41,598 bases of DNA from an uncultured Nitrospirota bacterium. Lineage in GTDB: Bacteria > Nitrospirota > Thermodesulfovibrionia > SZUA-242. Positions 26,428-34,240 of the stretch are shown here, piece after piece; within the stretch, counting starts at the first letter, position 1, and every line of letters starts with the position of its first letter. The notes beneath the pieces were generated by a model, which did not search any database, had not been told where the DNA came from, and saw only the letters and a list, made by a program, of their open reading frames with translations. The position numbers and the translations under genes are program-made. Location of the stretch: the NCBI GenBank assembly GCA_964462885.1, contig CAYWZR010000001.1, forward strand, positions 1 to 41,598, in the 5' to 3' direction.

Positions 26428-27387
26428 TTATCTCATGCCTTTTTCCATGGTAGAAACGTTATAGCGCATCATATCAAGATACGACTCTCTACCGGGCAAG
26501 CCCCCCAGCGGATCAAGAAGTAGAATCTTCGCTCCTGCTTCGGCCGCTATTGTCTGGGCAATACGCTGGCTGAACTGTGGCTCGGCAAATAGGATTTTTG
26601 CTTTTAAGTCTTTTATCCTTCGGATAATCGCAGCTAGTTTGCGCGGCCCGGGTTCCCGCCCTGGAGCCTCTTCTATTACTCCGGCAAGGCGAAGCCCATA
26701 ACGATGTGCAAAGTAATTCCAGGAATTATGAAATGTGATAAAATCTCTTACACTGAACTTTGAAATTCTTGCCCGTATTTCTTCATCCAGACGCCGCAAT
26801 TCTTTCGTGTAAGCGTTGGCCCGCTTACGGTATTCAGGCGCTCCGACTGGATCTACGCTCGAGAGAGCGTCGGCTATGTGGTGTATCATCTTTACGGCAA
26901 TGAGTGGATCAAGCCAGATGTGAGGATCTCCTGCTCCTATTGCTCCTACTGCTTCCGTATGAGTTACATGGGAGCTTGAATGTGGCGTTTCGGTACTGTT
27001 GTAAGGAAGCAACTTCAATCCTTTTATAAGGGTTACTGTTTTGAGATTGGCTTTACCAACGCCTGCGACTATCCGGTCGGCCCAAAACTCGAGGCCTCCG
27101 CCAATTTTAATAAAAATCCTCGCTTTTGCAAGAGCAGTCAGAAGCCTGGGTGTAGGCTCAAAAGTGTGCGGACTGGCTCCCGGCGGCAGAATCAGGGTAA
27201 CTTTAACCCGCTCTCCGCCCACCTGCCGGACAAAATCCGCAATCGGCGCTATGCTTGTAACAACACCTAGAGTTTTTTTAACCGCATTTTTTACTGAGCC
27301 GGCCCTCCTGTAGCCCTGTGCTATAGCTTCGGGCGGCCAGAGTAGTAGCAACACTGCCATCAAGGCAATAGACAGAACACCTCTCAC
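26428..27387 (-). CDS. znuA: Metal ABC transporter substrate-binding protein (TroA/ZnuA-like) with a His-rich loop
   Basis: Signal peptide MRGVLSIALMAVLLLLWPPEAIA. Metal-site context PPGASPHTFEP ... GDPHIW. His-rich loop TETPHSSSHVTHTE suggests Zn. GTG start 10 nt after the pth stop, with no clear SD. Confidence 0.82.
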   Translation of the reverse strand: MRGVLSIALMAVLLLLWPPEAIAQGYRRAGSVKNAVKKTLGVVTSIAPIADFVRQVGGERVKVTLILPPGASPHTFEPTPRLLTALAKARIFIKIGGGLEFWADRIVAGVGKANLKTVTLIKGLKLLPYNSTETPHSSSHVTHTEAVGAIGAGDPHIWLDPLIAVKMIHHIADALSSVDPVGAPEYRKRANAYTKELRRLDEEIRARISKFSVRDFITFHNSWNYFAHRYGLRLAGVIEEAPGREPGPRKLAAIIRRIKDLKAKILFAEPQFSQRIAQTIAAEAGAKILLLDPLGGLPGRESYLDMMRYNVSTMEKGMR

Positions 27388-27397
27388 TTATTTTGCT

Positions 27398-27970
27398 TTA
27401 ATCATCGCGCTTTTTATTAAACCTGTTCATTGCAACCTGCAGATCGTCTTTGATTATAACCTCCACAGCTTCGGCGGCATTGAAGACTGACTCCTCAACT
27501 ATCTTTGATTCATCTTTGCCGAAACGGGATAACACATATTTTTCTACAGGAATTCTGCCATCCCTCCCTATGCCTATTTTTACCCGGATAAATTCGTTAT
27601 GTCCAAGGTGGTGAATAATATTACCTATTCCCCGGTGTCCTCCAGCCCCTCCTCCGGCACGTATGCGAAGCCTGCCAAGGGTGCTGTCCAGGTCGTCATG
27701 AATCACTATTAACTGCATATCGTTACCAAAGTGGCGCATGAAGCCAAGTACAGCCTCGCCACTATTATTCATATAAGTGAGCGGTTCGGCCAGAACCACT
27801 TGGTTTCCAGCAATCGTGCCATAGCCATAGCGACTTTGAAAGGATTTTTTGGTAAGGGGGATACGGCAACTAGCAGATAACGCTTCGACAGTCATAAAGC
27901 CGATATTATGGCGAGTAAATGCATAGCGAGCCCCGGGATTTCCAAGGCCCGCTATTAACCAGTTAGGCAT
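27398..27970 (-). CDS. pth: Peptidyl-tRNA hydrolase
   Basis: 190 aa. LIAGLGNPGARYAFTRHNIGF and VIHDDLD motifs. Classic position downstream of rplY/ctc. Confidence 0.93.
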   Translation of the reverse strand: MPNWLIAGLGNPGARYAFTRHNIGFMTVEALSASCRIPLTKKSFQSRYGYGTIAGNQVVLAEPLTYMNNSGEAVLGFMRHFGNDMQLIVIHDDLDSTLGRLRIRAGGGAGGHRGIGNIIHHLGHNEFIRVKIGIGRDGRIPVEKYVLSRFGKDESKIVEESVFNAAEAVEVIIKDDLQVAMNRFNKKRDD

Positions 27971-28055
27971 AAAGAAGAGAGTTTAGGACTAGAGACTGAG
28001 TTTCGAGTAACTGAACAATGAAAGTACAATTTCCTGCTCCTCAGCCTGGCAAATC

Positions 28056-28703
28056 TTAAGTAGTCGGCTTCTCACCCTCGCTTTTTTCCGGGGCAGGAGT
28101 TTCTTCAGCTCCTGTTTGTTCTTCGGAAGCTGTTTCTGCCGCACGCGGTGTGCTTATGGCTAGGATGACTGCTTCGGGAGAGCTTTTAAGTACAGAGCCT
28201 TCCGGTAATATAAGACTAGAGGCGTGCACCGTTGAATTTGCCATCACGTTGGTGGTATCAAATTCAACCGAATCAATGATGTTTCCGGGCATACATTCAA
28301 CTGTTATATCTCTTGTCATGACCTGCATTATACCACCTTCTTTTACTCCCTTGGCAGCGCCTGTCAGGATAATCGGCACTGTGACACTTATCTTCTCATC
28401 CATATTTATCTCTTTAAAGTCGACATGAATAAGCTCGTTTGTTATCGGGTGGACCTGAAATTCTTTTACAATTGCGGTGCGGGGCTGACTGTCTGGGGCG
28501 TTGCTGACATTCAGTCTTAGCAGGGTATGTCCACTTTTTTGACTGTTTATCAGTTTCAGTATAGGTTTTTTCTCAAGTTCCAGGGGGACGGTGCTTCCGG
28601 CTCTGTTTAAAATAGCAGGCACTTTTTCTGCCATACGCAGCTTGCGGGCGACTCCTTTCCCTGTTTTTTCTCTCAGCGCTACATCGAGCGTTAATGTTTC
28701 CAT
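28056..28703 (-). CDS. rplY: 50S ribosomal protein L25 / general stress protein Ctc (long form)
   Basis: 215 aa. N-terminus LxVxLREKTGKGVARKLR, a beta-barrel domain, and an acidic Glu/Thr/Pro-rich tail. Confidence 0.9.
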   Translation of the reverse strand: METLTLDVALREKTGKGVARKLRMAEKVPAILNRAGSTVPLELEKKPILKLINSQKSGHTLLRLNVSNAPDSQPRTAIVKEFQVHPITNELIHVDFKEINMDEKISVTVPIILTGAAKGVKEGGIMQVMTRDITVECMPGNIIDSVEFDTTNVMANSTVHASSLILPEGSVLKSSPEAVILAISTPRAAETASEEQTGAEETPAPEKSEGEKPTT

Positions 28704-28804
28704 GATTTTTTCTCCTAATAAATTCCTATTGAGTAGTTATATAATAATATTGTATTTGCCCCTTTTGGTTCAAGTGTCGGATTTACTGGAGCTTTTAAAA
28801 ACAC

Positions 28805-28835
28805 TTGACAGTTTCTTGTGTTTAACAGACATAAT
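28805..28835 (+). promoter_or_regulatory. Candidate sigma70-type promoter (TTGACA, 19 nt, CATAAT) for the discoidin-repeat protein gene
   Basis: TTGACA at 28805-28810 and CATAAT at 28830-28835. The spacer is longer than optimal. Pattern match only. Confidence 0.3.
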
Positions 28836-28863
28836 ACCGATATTAAATCAAGGAGCTTCTATA

Positions 28864-30060
28864 ATGAAAACCAATACCACAGTTGATATAAGAAAAAAGT
28901 TATACAGCATAATACTGTTAACTCTATTTGTCTGCACCTTTTTAATTGCATTCCCTTTGAAGATTGTGGCTGCTCAGATAAGTTTTCCACAGGAATGGGG
29001 AGTTAATATATTATCTAAAGCAAACAAGGCATTGCTGGTCTCATCATCTCAACTCGAGGCTGGAGATCATGGTGCTAATTACCTTATTGATGGCGATGGA
29101 ACAGCCGGAACTCCGTATTGTTCCTGGGATTTCTCGTCGAAACCCGCCTTTGTCATTATTAAGCTTCCCAGTCCGTTCCGAATTGACAGGCTGGCATTTC
29201 TTAATGATCAACGGGATGATCGGAATTTTCAGGTCAAAGACATTAGTGTCTCTACGTCCGACGATGGTAAACAATGGAAGAATCTTCAGAAATTTGCTTT
29301 AACCAAGAGTACGGAACTACAAGCCTTTGAAGTCAGAAATCCGGTAACCGCCACTTTTTTAAAGTTCGAGATTAATTCTAATTACGGAGCAGACTATGCG
29401 GTTCTTGAAGAGATTGCGGCATTTGGCCGAGAAAGCCGTAGTCTTCCTATGTTCAGGGGAACGGCTAGGTACGATGTGATGGAATTAAAAAATGGTGATG
29501 TACTTACTGGAACCATGCTTAATGAGCAAATTGGAATCCAAACCTCTTATGCTCGACTGGCCTTTAGAAAGGACCAGATAGCATCTCTTCTTCTTGAAGG
29601 GGATATTGCTAACATTGAAAACATTATTGTCATTAACGGAGATGTTTTTAGTGGTTTTGTTCTTGAAAAAAATATCCTTTTTAAATTATCGACCGGGCCA
29701 GAAATCGAAGTTCGTCGTGAAAAAATAAAACGTTTGGGTATCAGGAAACTTCCATACGAAAAGAAAGAGTATCCACGGAAAGACGTTACTATTCTTAAAA
29801 ATGGTGATATGTTCAGTGGCACAGTTACAACCCCAGTATTTACAGTTCAGACTTCCTATGCAATCGTGCCTGCTAAAACGTCCAACATTAAACTTATAGA
29901 GTTTATTGGCAAAGACAGGGTTGTAACAAAAATAAAACTGAAAAACGAAAACACAATGCAGGGTCTTCTCCAGGAAGAAGACATTTCAATCGATCTCGAC
30001 TACGGTCCTGAGATTCTTATATACAAAGATAAGATCGACAGGATTGAATTTCGTAAGTAG
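28864..30060 (+). CDS. Secreted or membrane-anchored protein: F5/8 type C (discoidin, galactose-binding-like) domain followed by four ~43-aa NGD-type repeats
   Basis: The track ORF (28591..) overlaps rplY. The real start is the ATG at 28864, preceded by AAGGAG. N-terminal hydrophobic helix is LYSIILLTLFVCTFLIAFPL. Discoidin-like region is NYLIDGDGTAGTPYCSW...DISVSTSDDGKQWKNL...FLKFEINSNYGADYAVLEEIAAFG. The repeats span 29473-30057. Confidence 0.75.
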   Translation: MKTNTTVDIRKKLYSIILLTLFVCTFLIAFPLKIVAAQISFPQEWGVNILSKANKALLVSSSQLEAGDHGANYLIDGDGTAGTPYCSWDFSSKPAFVIIKLPSPFRIDRLAFLNDQRDDRNFQVKDISVSTSDDGKQWKNLQKFALTKSTELQAFEVRNPVTATFLKFEINSNYGADYAVLEEIAAFGRESRSLPMFRGTARYDVMELKNGDVLTGTMLNEQIGIQTSYARLAFRKDQIASLLLEGDIANIENIIVINGDVFSGFVLEKNILFKLSTGPEIEVRREKIKRLGIRKLPYEKKEYPRKDVTILKNGDMFSGTVTTPVFTVQTSYAIVPAKTSNIKLIEFIGKDRVVTKIKLKNENTMQGLLQEEDISIDLDYGPEILIYKDKIDRIEFRK

Positions 30061-30072
30061 GTTCTTCTTCTA

Positions 30073-30192
30073 TCATTTGGCATAAATAAAGATGAAGGCA
30101 AGATACAAAACACATATTGCAAATATTATATAAAAAGCGGGTTTGTATCCAGGAACCGGCTCGTGTGACAACTCCTTGTTTTCTTCCTTCAT
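30073..30192 (-). CDS. Possible 39-aa single-TM protein (below the ORF-track size cutoff)
   Basis: MKEENKELSHEPVPGYKPAFYIIFAICVLYLAFIFIYAK. The ATG at 30192 lies 4 nt after the upstream stop, with GGAGGA 7 nt upstream. It has one clear hydrophobic helix. No family recognised. Confidence 0.35.
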   Translation of the reverse strand: MKEENKELSHEPVPGYKPAFYIIFAICVLYLAFIFIYAK

Positions 30193-30196
30193 TCCT

Positions 30197-31681
30197 TTAT
30201 CCTCCGGTTATACTCTGCACTGCCAGGCTGGCCAGACCAAAAAACGGCTGCGGATAGAAAAACAGCAAAATAGACATAGCTGAAGTCAGCACCAGAGGTG
30301 CGACACACCAAACCGGGGCTTCATCCATTTTGTCTTCGAATAAAGATTCTTCCGGCGCACAGAAGAACGCTTTATAAACTATCGGGAAAAAATACGCTGC
30401 ATTAAGCAGAGAACTGCCAAGAAGCACAAACAACATCGGCAATTGATCGGCTTCGATAGTTCCAAGCACAAGATACCATTTACTTAAAAAGCCTCCTGTA
30501 GGGGGTAGTCCGATAACACTCAGCGAACCTATAAAAAAGGCGAACATGGTAATAGGCATTCTTCGTCCGATTCCAACCATCTCACTTATATTCTTTTTGC
30601 CTGTGGCCACAAATATTGCACCAGCGCAGAAAAAGAGTGTGATTTTACCAAATGCATGCATCCCGATATGCATCATGCCTCCGGTCATTCCTTTTGGCGA
30701 AAGAAGAGCTGCACCTAAGATGATATAAGAGAGCTGTCCAATTGTCGAAAAAGCCAGACGTCTCTTCAGGCTATCCTGTGAAAGAGCTATCAGTGATGCA
30801 ACAATTATCGTAAACGATGCAAAATAAGATAGAACTGTTCCCAGGTCAAGAGATTGTAATAAATCCACTCCAAAAACACCGGTTACAATTCGAAAGATTG
30901 AGAAAACTCCCACCTTGACAACAGCAACAGCATGCAGAAGAGCGCTTACCGGGGTTGGAGCCACCATAGCTGCTGGCAGCCACGAATGAAAAGGCATAAT
31001 ACCGGCTTTTGCAAAACCAAAAACAAACATAACAAAAAGAATGGCTATTGTAGTTTTTGGCACTGTTCCTGCCGTAAAAAAGCCCTGGCTCGAAAACTCC
31101 AGAGTGCCTGATAGATTATAAGATATCAGCATGGCAGGCAGAACAAATGCTATTGAAGTGCCAAGAATATAGGTAAGGTACTTTCTGCCAGATGAACGAG
31201 CTTCAGGATCCTGGTGATGAGTGACAAGAGGATAGGTTGCCAGAGACAGCATTTCATAGAACAGATAAAGGGTTAACAGATTGGCTGAAAAAGCTACGCC
31301 GATTGTTGCAGAAAGAGCCACCGCAAAAAATGAGAAATAACGTGTCTGGCTGTGCTCCTTTAAAGCTCGCATGTAGCCGACAGAGTATGCGGATGTCACA
31401 ATCCAAAGACTGGATGCAACCAGGGCAAAAAGAAGACCCATTGGGTCAACTCTGAACTTTATGGCAATATCAGGGAGAACTTCTACCAGTGTATATTCAA
31501 TTACAGCCCCATCTAAAACCATTGGAATCATTGAGGCAATAATAGAGAATTTGATTATGCCTGCTGCAAAGGTCCAGAACTCCCTAAGGTTAGGTTTTGA
31601 CTTTGAAATAATAATGAGAATAACTGCAAATAAAGAAACAGAAATGGCTAGCAATGGTTTCATTGATACAATAGTATTCAT
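30197..31681 (-). CDS. Proton-conducting membrane transporter (PF00361-type), NuoL/MrpA-like antiporter subunit without the long C-terminal extension
   Basis: 494-aa polytopic protein. HSWLPAAMVAPTPVSALLHAVAVVKVGVF is the NuoL/MrpA-type signature. Confidence 0.8.
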   Translation of the reverse strand: MNTIVSMKPLLAISVSLFAVILIIISKSKPNLREFWTFAAGIIKFSIIASMIPMVLDGAVIEYTLVEVLPDIAIKFRVDPMGLLFALVASSLWIVTSAYSVGYMRALKEHSQTRYFSFFAVALSATIGVAFSANLLTLYLFYEMLSLATYPLVTHHQDPEARSSGRKYLTYILGTSIAFVLPAMLISYNLSGTLEFSSQGFFTAGTVPKTTIAILFVMFVFGFAKAGIMPFHSWLPAAMVAPTPVSALLHAVAVVKVGVFSIFRIVTGVFGVDLLQSLDLGTVLSYFASFTIIVASLIALSQDSLKRRLAFSTIGQLSYIILGAALLSPKGMTGGMMHIGMHAFGKITLFFCAGAIFVATGKKNISEMVGIGRRMPITMFAFFIGSLSVIGLPPTGGFLSKWYLVLGTIEADQLPMLFVLLGSSLLNAAYFFPIVYKAFFCAPEESLFEDKMDEAPVWCVAPLVLTSAMSILLFFYPQPFFGLASLAVQSITGG

Positions 31682-31732
31682 AAGTTTGGTTTATCCTGCT
31701 TGCCCATTTAAATTGAGTTTTAAATTTATTTT

Positions 31733-33097
31733 TTAGAATACGTAGTATCTAAGCCAGAGGTAAACTGCAGCAATAGCCACTGTTAGTATCATAATGGGAA
31801 ATCCGTATGCCATGAAGCGTAGAAACGAAATCTTTTTCCCATTTTGTGCAGCCATTCCCACAACTATTACATTAGCCGAAGCACCTATGGCAGTGCCGTT
31901 ACCACCAAGGCATGAGCCGAGGGCAAGTGACCACCATAGTGGCATCAGGTCTGGATGGTGCAGAAGGGCCGTACCGTGAAGGTTAGGCCATAGGTTATGC
32001 GCCATATTGATAATAAGCGGGTTCATAGTGGCCACGTAGGGAATATTGTCCACAAAGGCCGAAGCAAAAGCGGAAAACCACATTACAAGCATGCTTGTGC
32101 CTAGAAGATTTCCTTCAGTAATTGCAAGAACTTCGGCAGAGATAAATGTAATAAGTCCAACCTTCACCACAGCTCCTATCACAATAAAGAGTCCCATAAA
32201 AAAGAAGATCGTCGGCCACTCAATCTCGGCCAGAATTTTATGAGGATGACGGGTATTGGAAATCACAAGAAGCAGGCCGGCTCCAAAAAGCGCAATGCTT
32301 GCAGGTTCATAATCAAAGACACCGTGAAATACAAAACCTATCAGCACCAAAGCTAACACCAGAAGCCCCTTGGTGAGCATAACCTTATCTTTAATAGCGG
32401 CTCGTTCATCCATGGCTAAGATACGCTCTTTGAGTTCAGACGACACAGAGAGACGTTTGCCAAATACAAGGCGTATAACAATGAGTAACACCACCATCAT
32501 GACAATAACCACTGGTGTCAGATTGATTATAAAGTCCATGAAATCCAGTTTTGCCTTTGAGGCAATCATAATGTTTGGTGGATCTCCAATAAGCGTTGCC
32601 GTGCCGCCAATGTTCGAGGCAATAGCTTCTACAATAAGAAACGGTACAGGGTCTACCTCTAGGGCATCTGCGATAAATAGAGTTACAGGAGCAATCAGCA
32701 GAACGGTTGTAACGTTATCAAGAAGCGCGCTGAAAACTGCTGTAATTACTGCAAAGATCAGCATGATCCTGAGCGGTTCACCCCGTCCAAACTTTGCGCT
32801 TTTTATAGCTACATATTCAAATAGACCGGTTGGTCTAATCAGGTTCACGATTGTCATCATCGAAATCAGAAGGAAAACCACATTCCAATCAATTCCAAAC
32901 TCCTCGGTATGAAAAGCTTCGTGTTGGTCTAGGATCTTAAACATAAGAACAAGTCCCGCGCCAAAGATAGCAACTACGGTCTTATCGATTTTCTCGGTGA
33001 TTATGGCAGCATACATAAGTATAAACAGAACAGTAGCCGTCCAGAACTGTCCGTTCATTACAAACTGCTGTGTTTCCGGCGCTGGTGCTTCTGTCAC
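31733..33097 (-). CDS. ArsB/NhaD-superfamily ion permease (citrate-transporter-like fold)
   Basis: 454-aa polytopic protein. The motif GGTATLIGDPPNIMIAS, repeated in the second half as GGNGTAIGASANVIV, is typical of the ArsB/NhaD/YbiR group. The GTG start overlaps the CBS gene stop (GTGA). Confidence 0.75.
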   Translation of the reverse strand: MTEAPAPETQQFVMNGQFWTATVLFILMYAAIITEKIDKTVVAIFGAGLVLMFKILDQHEAFHTEEFGIDWNVVFLLISMMTIVNLIRPTGLFEYVAIKSAKFGRGEPLRIMLIFAVITAVFSALLDNVTTVLLIAPVTLFIADALEVDPVPFLIVEAIASNIGGTATLIGDPPNIMIASKAKLDFMDFIINLTPVVIVMMVVLLIVIRLVFGKRLSVSSELKERILAMDERAAIKDKVMLTKGLLVLALVLIGFVFHGVFDYEPASIALFGAGLLLVISNTRHPHKILAEIEWPTIFFFMGLFIVIGAVVKVGLITFISAEVLAITEGNLLGTSMLVMWFSAFASAFVDNIPYVATMNPLIINMAHNLWPNLHGTALLHHPDLMPLWWSLALGSCLGGNGTAIGASANVIVVGMAAQNGKKISFLRFMAYGFPIMILTVAIAAVYLWLRYYVF

Positions 33098-33585
33098 CTG
33101 TGAAGCTCCGTTTCTAAAATAGCATCGACAATTGCGTAGTGAAGGTCCCGCAGGTAAACAATGCCCAAAGGGCGATTATCCGAGTCTACAACCGGAATAC
33201 GCCAAAAGTCATGCTTGATTATTAACACCGCACACTCCATCAGCGTCGCTTCCGGGGACACAGTTATGAACTCTGTTGACATGATCTCAGCCACGGTTTT
33301 CTTGTAGATTTTATTAGCCATATGTTCAAACATTCCAGGCCAGGAAAAGGTTTCAACGTCTGTCTGTTCAAGCATATATTCAGGAAGAATAGAACGTAGA
33401 ATGTCTCTTACTGAAAGCATCCCTGTTACTCTCCCGTCTGAGCCTAGAACCACAATACCTTTTACTCCGTAAACTCCAGGCTTACGAGTGGCGACTCTCA
33501 TCTGCATTATAGCTTCCTTAACAGTTATGTCAGGAGGTACCGTATCGATAATCGGTTCCATAACATCTTTTACTGTTTTCACCAC
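33094..33585 (-). CDS. CBS-domain pair protein
   Basis: 163 aa with two CBS repeats (VKDVMEPIIDTVPPDITVKEA... and VAEIMSTEFITVSPEATLMECA...IPVVD). Confidence 0.8.
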   Translation of the reverse strand: MVKTVKDVMEPIIDTVPPDITVKEAIMQMRVATRKPGVYGVKGIVVLGSDGRVTGMLSVRDILRSILPEYMLEQTDVETFSWPGMFEHMANKIYKKTVAEIMSTEFITVSPEATLMECAVLIIKHDFWRIPVVDSDNRPLGIVYLRDLHYAIVDAILETELHR

Positions 33586-33663
33586 TGCCTCCTTAATTTA
33601 GCAATTGCATCTTAATGAGTTAGTTGAATATTTTTTTATTTGGCTTGTGGAACATTAAAGTTT

Positions 33664-33924
33664 TTACTTAGAGGATGAAACTTCAGCAAATTGTTCAACA
33701 GGAATTAATATTTTTTTCTTTACTTTTTTATTTTTTAGATAGATAGCATCAAATTTTTTCTCAATTTGCTTTAGCACGTCTCCCTTATAATACTGCTCCC
33801 CGCAAAATTCGCATTGTTTATATGGAACACCTTCAACAATTAAAAATTTATCACTATGCTTATAAGTGTATTGAACCTTTGTGCTCTTAAAATTTTTATT
33901 ACCACAAAAATTACAAACTTTCAT
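33664..33924 (-). CDS. YgiT-type zinc-finger protein (MqsA-family antitoxin-like, no HTH domain)
   Basis: 86 aa. CNFCG...(28 aa)...CEFCGE arrangement with VPYKQCEFCGEQY, as in the YgiT/MqsA N-terminal zinc ribbon. It begins 6 nt after the DUF4258 ORF stop. Confidence 0.75.
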   Translation of the reverse strand: MKVCNFCGNKNFKSTKVQYTYKHSDKFLIVEGVPYKQCEFCGEQYYKGDVLKQIEKKFDAIYLKNKKVKKKILIPVEQFAEVSSSK

Positions 33925-33930
33925 AATAAA

Positions 33931-34206
33931 CTACCCTTTTTCATACGGATTTTTAAATTTGGGCGGAGATGGAATATATACCGTTATAATAGATAATGCT
34001 TTATCCATCTTCCCGCATACTATGTGAATAGGTTTTCCGAAATTTGTAAACCCTACAACCAGGCAACTTTTGCCTCTTCCAGTATCCTCATATTGTTCAA
34101 GAATTTTTCCGTTGAGTAATGCTTCCTCAACTTCCAATATTGTGAGGTTATCATTTTGTTTTTCCTGATCTCAATGTTTTGAAAAATAATACTCAGCACC
34201 ACTCAC
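33931..34206 (-). pseudogene. DUF4258-family toxin-like gene interrupted by an in-frame TGA at codon 12 (34171-34173). The track shows only the 68-aa remnant 33931..34137
   Basis: Reading the same frame upstream of the track ORF gives GTG(34206)-SGAEYYFSKH-TGA-DQEKQNDNLTILEVEEALLNGKILEQYEDTGRGKSCLVVGFTNFGKPIHIVCGK...IITVYIPSPP. This spans the whole DUF4258 pattern as I recall it (FsKHA..., ...plHvV..., iiTvY.P). AAGG lies upstream of the GTG. Confidence 0.55.
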
Positions 34207-34240
34207 TCTGCCTTGTATCCATCTTATATTAAACACAGCT

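Noticed and set aside
28591-28863. Upstream extension of the discoidin-protein ORF
   Set aside because: It overlaps the rplY start and promoter region on the other strand. The ATG at 28864 has a strong AAGGAG SD and begins a signal/anchor sequence.
32370-32912. 180-aa + strand ORF
   Set aside because: It is antisense to the ArsB/NhaD permease. The Ser/Thr/Ile/Arg-rich translation has no recognisable domain.
34171-34173. The in-frame TGA in the DUF4258 gene as a selenocysteine codon
   Set aside because: Only a weak 5-bp stem (cctca..tgagg) lies about 27 nt downstream, not a bacterial SECIS-like hairpin at the expected distance. A Sec in a small toxin has no precedent I know. A nonsense mutation is the simpler reading.
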